NCBI RefSeq assembly: GCF_044704955.1
Contig: NC_091984.1
Span: forward strand, 144,088,001 to 144,152,000
Direction of reading: 5' to 3'
Length of the DNA: 64,000 nt
Source: Pristiophorus japonicus
Taxonomy: Eukaryota
Part shown: positions 11,831-20,528 of the stretch, in pieces
Numbering within the stretch: position 1 is the stretch's first letter
Layout of the letters: every line of letters starts with the position of its first letter
Position numbers and translations under genes: made by a program
The notes under the pieces: generated by a model
Database searches by the model: none
The model's input: only the letters and a program-made list of their open reading frames with translations
Told to the model about the DNA's origin: nothing

Positions 11831-12359
11831 ACTCGGGCCACAGAAACAGCAACTGAGAGTCTCCCCACAACCCTGGAGCACTGCAGCTGCCGGATTGCGA
11901 GCCCTGCTGCCCCTGTTTGTGATCAGAAGTTGGACAGGAGGTGAGCGGGGGCTGGACAGATCAGAGTTGGAGCTGGGGGAGGCGGGACCTCGGGAGTGTC
12001 AGTGTGCTGAGGCTGAGCTCAGTTATATCAGAGACTGTGACAGGAGCACAGACTGCCCCCAGCGAGCTCACTCACTCACACACACACTCTGCCCGTGTCT
12101 CACACACCGTGTCTGTCACACTGAGACAAGCAGGAGGCTCGGGACCGATTTCCGGGGATGGTGCAGGGATGGGACCGCAGTGTGCCAACGTCCAGATCTC
12201 CTCCACATGGTGGGTAACAGTTCGTTACTTATACTTTGCTGGGTGAAGGGGGAGTGTGGGTAAAGGAATGCAGCCGGGCTCCCTGTCATACACAGCACTC
12301 TTCAATTAACCCTTTCATTCACCGCAGCTCCCCACCATATTATATAACCCATACACAGG

Positions 12360-12780
12360 CACAGGAGAGGGTGCAGAGAAGGTTTACAAGGATGGGACCA
12401 GAAATGCGAGGGTGTACATATCAGGAAAGGATGAACAGGCTGGGGCTCTTTTCTCTTGAGGCTGAGGGGGTGACCTGATAGAGGTCTTTAACATTAGGAA
12501 AGGTTTTGATAGAGTGGATACAGAGAGAGTGTTTCCACTTGTGGGGAAGAGCAGAACTAGAGGCCATCAATATAAGATAGTCAGCAAGAAATCCAATCGG
12601 GAATTCAGGAGAAAATTCTTTACCCAGCAAGTGGTGAGAATGTGGAACTGGCTACCACTGGGAGTGATTGAAGTGAATAGTATCGATGTATTTAAGGGGA
12701 GGCTAGACAGGGATATGAGGGAGAAGGGAATAGAGGGTTATGCTGATAGATTTAGATGAGGAAAGACGGGAGGATCGAGT
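12360..12780 (+). mobile_element. CR1 LINE 3' fragment
   Basis: ERVQRRFTRM...RTRGHQYKI...FFTQQVVRMWN. Confidence 0.85.
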
Positions 12781-12880
12781 GTAATCATACGTAAACTAAC
12801 ACCTTCGCATATTCAGCATTTATGTCTTAAAAAGATTCAGTATTTAAAGTGTTAATAACGGAGGATTGGGGTTTACTTAC

Positions 12881-12915
12881 TCAGTCTGAGCTTGGTTCCT
12901 TTACCGAACGTGAGC
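12881..12915 (-). CDS. IGKJ: Immunoglobulin light chain J segment (single J)
   Basis: G CTC ACG TTC GGT AAA GGA ACC AAG CTC AGA CTG A|gtaagt gives LTFGKGTKLRL(S). FGXG motif; the phase-1 donor matches the C acceptor. Confidence 0.96.
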
Positions 12916-12954
12916 CACAGTGACAGCTTCCAGTGCAGTGGCTGTACAATATCC
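12916..12954 (+). other. 23-bp-spacer recombination signal sequence of J
   Basis: CACAGTG (12916-12922), 23 nt, then ACAATATCC (12946-12954, 7/9 consensus). Confidence 0.93.
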
Positions 12955-12974
12955 TCCGTCCCTGGCTCACTCAG

Positions 12975-13235
12975 TCTCTCTCCCCCTCTCTCTGTCTGTG
13001 TGTGTGTCTGTGTCTTTCTCAGCGTCTCACTCTCCCTTATTTTTTCTCTCTCTTTCTCACTCTCTCTCTCACACATTCTGTTTCTCTCTGACTACCTCTC
13101 ACTCTTTCCCCCTCTCCCACTCCCCCTTCACCTCCCTCCCTCACTCACTTCTCCTCCATCTCCCTCACTCCATCCCTCACTCACTCACTCTCTCTCTTTC
13201 CCTGTCCCTCACTCTCTCCCTCCCTCTCTCTCTAT
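12975..13235. repeat. CT-rich polypyrimidine tract next to the J-RSS
   Basis: (CT)n and (CCCT)n low complexity. Confidence 0.85.
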
Positions 13236-13504
13236 GTCTGAGTTGCCTGTGGCAGTGCCCGGGAGAGTTGGGGATCCGACGTGTTTGGGACAAATCTCCC
13301 AGCTGCCCTTCCCGCCCCATCAGATGGTAACCCTGGGGCCACGGAATTGCTGGAGAATGAAAGTCCCTGTCACACAGGGCTCACCTCTTTGTGCCCCTCG
13401 AACAACGGGCTCCGTCTACAAGTGAGATGTTTGTGTTGCTGACACAGGCCTTCCTCGGGGATAATTATAAAATAACGAGTTTTAGGGGTTTTAGAAACCT
13501 GTTT

Positions 13505-13950
13505 CCTCAGTCCGTGAATCGTGTGTACGTGGAGTGTGAGAGGATGCAGCCCCTCTTCCACTATTTGAAGGGACTGCTCCTCGATTTCTGGCTCCACTTC
13601 AGTCCCACATTCCTGGGCCTGGCCACCCGGTGCAGGGAGAGTGGGCAGGTCGGAGGGCCTTCCCGTGGGCCTGCTCCTGGGCCTGGTCACCCAGTGCGGG
13701 GGGAATGGGCAGGTCGGGGGGCCTCCCCGTGGGCCTGCTCCTGGGTCTGACCAAGGTGGCCATGCACAGGTCCTAGTTGGATGGGGCCCATGGGGTGGCT
13801 GCACTGCCTGCCTGTCTCCCTTCGGGAGCTTTGACCGTACCCCGGTGACCCTGGGGATGGAGCTCAAGGTAGGCCTGAGACCTTCTGCGATGGGTGGGCA
13901 CCACAGGGCCTGGAGTGTCGAGTGGGCAGGGAAAGAGCACGACCATTTCA
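13505..13950 (+). mobile_element. Tx1/L1-clade non-LTR retrotransposon ORF2 C-terminal fragment, between V and J
   Basis: VYVECERMQPLFHYLKGLLLDFWLHFSPT... and GRSEGLPVGLLLGL resemble Tx1-like ORF2 C-termini. Contains an internal duplication of about 59 bp. Confidence 0.6.
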
Positions 13951-14230
13951 CTTGTTCACTTTCCTTTCATGTTTATACTTTGGGTTTTATAAGTTGTGGC
14001 CCTCTCAATAGTGGGAGGTTTGTGAGATTATTTGGATTGAGGACACAGGGACCACCCAGTGTCTCCGTGCTGTCTGAATGTACAGAGTAGGGCTGTGAGA
14101 TTGTCAGTGATGAAGACACAGCTCCAACTCCTCTCTGACCCACTCCATCCTTTCCCAATTCACTGCAGCTTCCAGCTGAATATTCCTGCCGTCACTCCCA
14201 TCGAGCTGTGTGTCAGTCATGTGTAAAACC

Positions 14231-14373
14231 GTACAGGAGGTGGGGCTGTGTGTCCATTATTATATATTATATATAACTGTGGGGTGAGTCAGTACAGGAG
14301 GTGGGGCTGTGTGTCCATTATTATATATTATATATAACTGTGGGGTGAGTCAGTACAGGAGGTGGGGCTGTGT
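14231..14373. repeat. 61-bp tandem repeat (about 2.4 copies) next to the V-RSS nonamer
   Basis: GTACAGGAGGTGGGGCTGTG starts at 14231, 14292 and 14353. Confidence 0.92.
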
Positions 14374-14380
14374 ATATTGA

Positions 14381-14408
14381 GGTTTTTGTACAGCTGTGTA
14401 TCACAGTG
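14381..14408 (-). other. 12-bp-spacer recombination signal sequence of V
   Basis: Minus strand reads CACTGTG, ATACACAGCTGT (12 nt), ACAAAAACC. V12/J23 is the kappa-type configuration. Confidence 0.96.
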
Positions 14409-14707
14409 TAGAGGGTAGCTGTTATGTTGCTGACAGTAATAGTCTGCGACATCCTCGCTCTGCACGTTGCTGATGCTCAGGGTGAACATGTTGGACTTGT
14501 AACTGCCGGTGAAGCGATCGGAGGTTCCAGTGAAACGAGATGTTGCCGAATAGATCAGCAGAGTGGGTTTCTGCCCGGCTTTCTGCTGGTACCAAGCAAC
14601 ATAATTGCTAACGGATGCACTGGCGGTACAGGTGATGGTTGCAGTCTGTCCCTCACTCACTGACAGCACCGGGGGAGACTGGGTCATGATGATGTCCCCA
14701 CTGATAC
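14409..14707 (-). CDS. IGKV: Immunoglobulin kappa-type light chain V exon, not germline-joined
   Basis: Acceptor ctcag|GT, then (G)[99 protein letters not shown]. Cys23, WYQQ and DYYC are intact. Confidence 0.97.
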
Positions 14708-14894
14708 CTGAGGGGGAAATGGGGAAAGAAAGTGAAGTAAGCACTGTCACAGAAAGACGCTGTAAAATGAGAGATTGCTCGAGACACTGAGCTCTCCTCT
14801 CGTGTCAGCATTTGCCCTTCAATCACTGGTCAGTAGAGTTGGACAGAAATCGACAGCAGGGAGATATTAAACATGGAAGGAGAGAGATTGGTAC

Positions 14895-14943
14895 CTGCGA
14901 TGCAGAATGCCAGAGGCCAGATCAGCTGGATGGGTGAAATCAT
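14895..14943 (-). CDS. IGKV: Leader (signal peptide) exon of the kappa V gene
   Basis: ATG at 14943 gives MISPIQLIWPLAFCIA+G|gtacc; 49 nt, phase 1, matching the V exon acceptor. Confidence 0.93.
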
Positions 14944-15002
14944 GATGTCTGCTCCTGTCCCTGTGCCTGCTTACTGATAAACTGCCCTTCACTGGGCCCT
15001 GC

Positions 15003-15097
15003 TTTATAAACCTGCAGCCTGTGAGAGTCTCACTGCCCATCCCTCAGTATGTAAATGTCTTCACCCAGAGAAAGCCACGTCAGCACATTTCACTTCC
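15003..15097 (-). promoter_or_regulatory. V promoter: TATA box, variant octamer, CRE/UPRE-like site, EICE
   Basis: TTTATAAA 15003-15010; ATTTACAT 15049-15056; TGACGTGG 15075-15082; GGAAGTGAAA 15088-15097. Confidence 0.75.
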
Positions 15098-15694
15098 TCT
15101 TCTTCTCTCCCTCCCTCTTCACCTCCCTCTCCCTTCCTCTCTCTCTCCATCCCTCCCTCTCGCTCTCCATCCCTCCCTCTCTCTCTCCATCCCTCCCTCT
15201 TTCTCCCTCTCCCCCACAGACTCCCAGCTGCAGCACACTGAAATGCAGAGTAAACCTCCCTGTGCCCTACCCCACCAATGGATGTTAACCCTTGACCCCA
15301 GAGCATGCCTTCTCCTGGAGTAAGGCCCCATTCCCCACAGTGGCCATCCCTTGGCCTCTCTCAGTACACTGGCTGTTTATTGCCCAATTAAGGGGCGTTC
15401 TGTGCTGTGGGCCTATTCTCAGTGAGAACCGGTTTGGACAGAAAGTTAATTTCATGAAGGCCCAGCAGAGAGAGGACATCCTCACCCCATCAGTGTGAGC
15501 TGGAGCGACAGGACAGGGTCTGAGCCACTGCCCCATCCTGTCCGCTCAGAACATCTTCGAATCCCTTCCCCTCTCCTTCCCCTTCCATGGCCCCGCTCCA
15601 GGTCAGGTGTTTTTACTGGGATCAGGTCCGACGATCCCACATTTACAACAGGAAGGGTTCGCACTCCACGTCGACCATGGACTCCATGTCCCAC

Positions 15695-15862
15695 TGGTCC
15701 TCCAATAGGGCTCAGGAAACATGGCTCCTTCCTATTGGTCCCCCAACAGGGACCAGGAAACATGGATCCTTCCTATTGGTCCTCCAATAGGGAATAGGAA
15801 AGATGGCTCCTTTCTATTAGACATCCAATAGGGCACAGGAAACATGGCTCCTTCCTATTGGA
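15695..15862. repeat. 41-bp tandem repeat (about 4 copies) with an internal CCTATTGG-n4-CCAATAGG palindrome
   Basis: (C/T)AGGAAA(C/G)ATGG starts at 15713, 15754, 15795 and 15836. Confidence 0.85.
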
Positions 15863-15899
15863 TATATACTTGAAAAGGAACAATTTGCTGGGTTATGGG

Positions 15900-17530
15900 G
15901 GCGAGGAACTTAACACAATCACAATCACTAAGGAGGTGGTACTCAGTAAGATAATGGAACTAAAGGCGAATAAATCCCCTGGATCTGATGGCTTGCATCC
16001 CAGGGTCTTATGAGAACACGCGGCAGTCTCAGTGGATGCATTGGTTGTAATTTACCAAAATTCCCTGTATTCTTGGGAGGTCCCAGCAGATTGTAAAACT
16101 GCAAATGTAACGCCCCTATTTACAAAAGGAGGCAGACAAAAAGCAGGAATCGATAGACCAATTAACCTAACATCTGTGGTTGGGAAAATGTCGGAGTCCA
16201 TTATTAAAGAAGCAGTAGCAGGACATTTGGATAAGCATAATTCAGTCAGGCAGAGTAAGCATGGAATTATGAAGGGGAAGTCATGTTTGATAAATTTGCA
16301 GAATTCTTTAAGGATGCAATGAGCAGGGTGGATAAAGGGGAACCAGTGGATGTGGTGTATTTGGACCTCCAGAAGGCATTTGACAAAATGCCACGTAAGA
16401 GGTTACTGCACAAGATAAAAATTCACAGGGTTGGGGGTAATATGTTAGCAAGGATAGACGATTGGCTAACTAGCAGAAAACAGAGAGTCTGCAAAAATGG
16501 TTCATTTTCGGGTTGGGAATCAGTAACTAGTGGGGTGCCGCAGGGATCAGTGCGGGGACCCCAACTATTTACAATATATATTAACGACTTGGATGATGGA
16601 ACCGAATATAATGTAGCCACGTTTTCTGACGATACAAAGATGTGAGGAAAAGCAATATGTGAGGAGGACACAAAAAACCTGCAAAAGGACGTAGGCAGGC
16701 TAAGTGAGTGGGCAAAAATTTAGCCGATGGTGTATAATGTTGGAAAGTGTGAGATCATGCACTTTGGCAGAAAAAAACAATCAAAGAGCAAGTTATTATT
16801 TAAATGGAGAAAGATTGCAAAGTGCTGTGGTGCAGCGGGTACTTGTGCATGAAACACAAAATGTTAGTATGCAGATACAGTAAGTGATCAGGAAGGCCAA
16901 TGGAATATTGGCCTTTATTGCAAAGGGGACGGAGTATAAAAGCAGGGAAGTCTTGCTACAGCTATACAGGGTATTGGTGTGGACACACTAATTTTGGATT
17001 CCATATTTAAGAAAGGATATACTTGCTTTGGAGGCAGGTCAGAGAAGGTTCATTAGGTTGATTCAGGAGATGAGGCGGTTGATTTATGAGGAAAGCTTGA
17101 GTAGGTTGTGCATCTGCTCATTCGAATTCGGAAGAATGAGAGGTGATCTTATTGAAACGTATCAGATTTTGAGGGGGCTTGACAAAGTGGATGCAGAGAG
17201 GATGTTTCCACTGAGGGGTAGAATTGAACTAGAGGGCACAGTCTTAGAATAAGTGGCCTCCCATTTAAAACAGATGATGAGGAATTTCTTCTCTCTGAGG
17301 GTTGTAAATCTGTGGAATTGGCTGCCTCAGAGATCTGTGGAAGCTGGGTCGTTGAATAAATTTAAGACAGAGATAGACAGTTTCTTAACCGACATGGGAA
17401 TAAGGGGTTAAGGGGAGCGGGGAGGGATGTGGAGCTGAATCCATGATCGTATCGGCCATGATCGTATTAAATAGCGGAGCAGGCTCGAGGGGCCATGTGG
17501 CCTACTCCTGCTCCTATTTCTTATGTTCTT
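15900..17530 (+). mobile_element. 5'-truncated, degenerate CR1 LINE
   Basis: RT motif fragments with stops and frameshifts; TTCTTATGTTCTT tail. Confidence 0.9.
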
Positions 17531-17619
17531 TAACTGGTGAGGAATGGGACTAATTGGGTAATTCTTTGAAAGAGCCGGCAAAGGCACGATGGGCCGAATG
17601 GCCTCCTTCTGTGCTTAAG

Positions 17620-17860
17620 ATTCTAGGCTGTGAGCGCGGTTCACAGTTTTCTCCCGTGTCATTAACAAACGTACAGCTGTGACAACCTCCCTCTTTCACT
17701 TCCTCTGTGGGTGAAGTTTCATTCTTCCGATCTGACAGTCTCTTCAGTTATTTTTTGCACGGGGGATTTCTGCTGTGGTCTGAGTCTCTAATAATAACCG
17801 TCCAATCAGGCAGAATAACAGCAGCTCGGACCGGCCCTGACAGCGGATCCAGGCTCAGTG
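17620..17860. promoter_or_regulatory. Candidate B-cell enhancer upstream of V
   Basis: Non-TE island containing E-box CAGCTG 17674, EICE 17694-17703, kB-like GGGGATTTCT 17762, RUNX TGTGGTC 17774, MEF2-like CTAATAATAA 17788 and CCAAT 17802. Confidence 0.55.
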
Positions 17861-19150
17861 CTGACCCTGCAACATCCTCCTCACCAACATCTGGGGACTT
17901 GTGCCAAAAGTGGGAGAGCTGCCCCACAGACTAGTCAAGCACCAGCCTGACATAGCCCTACTCACAGAATCAGACCTTTCAGCCAATGTCCCAGACTCCT
18001 CCATCACCCAAGGTGGCAGCTCAGTGGTATACAGTCGGGAGGGAGTGGCCCTGGGAATCCTCAACATTGACTCCGGACCCCATGAAGTCTCATGGCATCA
18101 GGTCAAACACGGGCAATGAAATCTCCTGCTGATTACCACCTCCCGCCCTCCCTCAGCTGATGAATCAGTACTCCTCCATGTTGAACACCACTTGGAAGAA
18201 ACACTGAGAGTAGCAAGGGCACAGAATGTACTCTGGGTGGGGGACTTCACTGTCCATCACCAAGAGTGTCTCGGTAGCACCACTACTGACTGAGCTGGCC
18301 GAGAGGGGCGATGCTGACATTGCAATCCCAGGTACCGGAGGACTGGAGGACTGCAAACATGGTACCTTTGTTTAAAAATGGAGCAAGGGATAGATCGAGT
18401 CACTACAGGTCAGTCAGCCTAACCTCGGGGGCGGGATTGGAGGAATCTTCATTTAACAAGACACGGATTAATCAAGGACAGTCAGCATGGATTTGTTCAG
18501 GGAAGGTCGTGTCTGAATAACTTGATTGAATTTTTTGTGGAGAGTCGATGAGAGCAGTGCGTATGATGCAGTGTATATAGATTTTAAAAAGGCTTTTGAG
18601 AAGGTCCCACATGGCAGACTGGTCACAAAAGTAATAGCCCATGGGATCCAGGTCAAAGTGACAAGTTGGATTCAAAATTGGTTCAGAGGCAGTTAGCAAA
18701 GGGTAATGGTTGATGGGTGTATTTCTTACTGGAAGCCTGTATCCAGTGTGGTTCCGCAGGGCTCAGTACTGGGTCCCTTGCTTTTTATTAAATGGCGGAG
18801 CAGGCTCGAGGGGCCAAATGACCTACTCCTGCTCCTATTTCTTATGTTCTTATAATAAATGCCGGCCTTGCCTGCAACGCCCACATTCCATGAATTAATA
18901 AAAATCCCATGGGCTGACAGTTCAGGAGAATAGGACACACTTTCCTCTTTCACCCTCAACCATCATCCCTGAAACAGATTATCAGCTCATTATCACATTG
19001 CTGTTTGTGGGAGCTTGCAGTGCACAAATGGGTTGCCACGTTTCCTACATTACAACAGTGACTACACTTCAAAAAGTACTTCATTGGCTGTAAAGTGCTT
19101 TGTCATCCTGAGGATGTGAAAGGCGCTATATAAATGCAAGTCTGTCTCTT
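17860..19150 (+). mobile_element. Stack of LINE fragments (APE N-terminus 17860-18300, CR1 RT 18310-18850) and a SINE (about 18860-19150)
   Basis: QPDIALLTE endonuclease motif, CR1 RT fragments, SINE tail. Confidence 0.7.
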
Positions 19151-19272
19151 TCTTTCTTTCACCCAACCGTAATTTCCAAGGTCAAGGGGGAGCGAGCTGA
19201 ACTCTCCCTGGTTTTATTTTTCTTCAAAATATCAAATAACTGGAATGATAAAAGGTCTTTTACCCAGTAGCT

Positions 19273-19697
19273 CATTTAATCCCCTCCCACACACCATGTA
19301 CACCCCACCCTATGATGGACTCTACCACCCATTTAATCCCCTCCCACACACCATGTACACCCCACCCTATCATGGATTCTACCACCCATTTAATCCCCTC
19401 CCATACACCATGTACACCCCACCCTATCATGGACTCTACCACCCATTTAATCTCCTCCCACACACACCATGTACTCCCCACCCTATCATGGACCCTACCA
19501 CCCATTTAATCCCCTCCCACACACCATGTACTCCCCACCCTATCATGGAGCCTACCACCCATTTAATCCCCTCCCACACACCATGTACTCCCCACCCTAT
19601 CATGGACCCTACCACCCATTTAATCTCCTCCCACACACACCATGTACTCCCCACCCTATCATGGACCCTACCACCCATTTAATCTCCTCCCACACAT
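19273..19697. repeat. 57-59-bp minisatellite (about 7 copies; resumes at 20443-20528 and 25200-25240)
   Basis: CATTTAATCCCCTCCCACACACCATGTACACCCCACCCTATCATGG units. Confidence 0.93.
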
Positions 19698-19715
19698 ATA
19701 TGTACACTCTCTCTC

Positions 19716-20440
19716 TTCTTAGGCAGACCCTCGGAGTTGAGGATGACTTGCTTTCACACTAACATGAGTTCTCAGGTGTTCGGCACCTTCCCGAATGTCT
19801 CCTCCACTTTGAGCAGTCTTGGGCCAGGGATTCCCAGGTGTCGGAGGGGATGTTGCACTTTTTCAAGGAGGCTTTGAGGGTTTCCTTGAAACATTTCCTC
19901 TGCCCACTTGGGGCTCGCTTGCCGTGTTGGAGCTCTGAGTACAGCGCTTGTTTTAGGAGTCTCATATCGGGCATGCGGACAATGTGGCCCACCCAACGGT
20001 GATCGATTGTGGTCAATGCTTCGATGCTGGGGATGTTTGCCTGAGTGAGAACACTGACGTTGGTGCACCTATATTGCCAATGGATTTGCAGGATTTTGTG
20101 GAGACAGCATTGGTGGTACTTCTGCAGCGCTTTGAGATGTCTGCTGTATATAGTCCACATCTCTGAGCCATATATAAGGGCAGGTATGACTACTGCTCTG
20201 TAGGCCATGAGCTTGGTGCCCGGTTTGAGCTCCTGGTCTTCAAACACTCTCTTCCTCAGGCGATCAAAGACTGCACTGGCACACTGAAGACGATGTTGGA
20301 CTTCGACTTTGATGTCTGCCCTTGTTGCCAGTAGATTCGCTAGGTATGGAATATGGTCCACTTTGTCCAAGGCCTTGTCGTGGATTTTAATAATCGAGGG
20401 ACAGTGCAGTGTGGCGGGGGCAGGTTGGTTGAGAAGCTTT
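19716..20440 (-). mobile_element. RTE (BovB-like) LINE 3' fragment
   Basis: EVQHRLQCASAVFDRLRKRVF...TKLMAYRAVVIPALIYGSEMW...RWVGHIVRM. Confidence 0.85.
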
Positions 20441-20528
20441 GTCTATCATGGGATCTACCACCCATTTAATCCCCTTCCACACACCATGTACACTCCACCC
20501 TATCATGGAATGTACCACCCATTTAATC

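Noticed and set aside
12881-14707. Germline-joined VJ gene, or D segment / extra J
   Set aside because: V and J are 1.5 kb apart with intact 12/23 RSSs. No further RSS-flanked segment or FGXG exon was seen.
19245-19762. His/Pro/Tyr-rich repeat ORFs
   Set aside because: They are translations of the 57-bp minisatellite.
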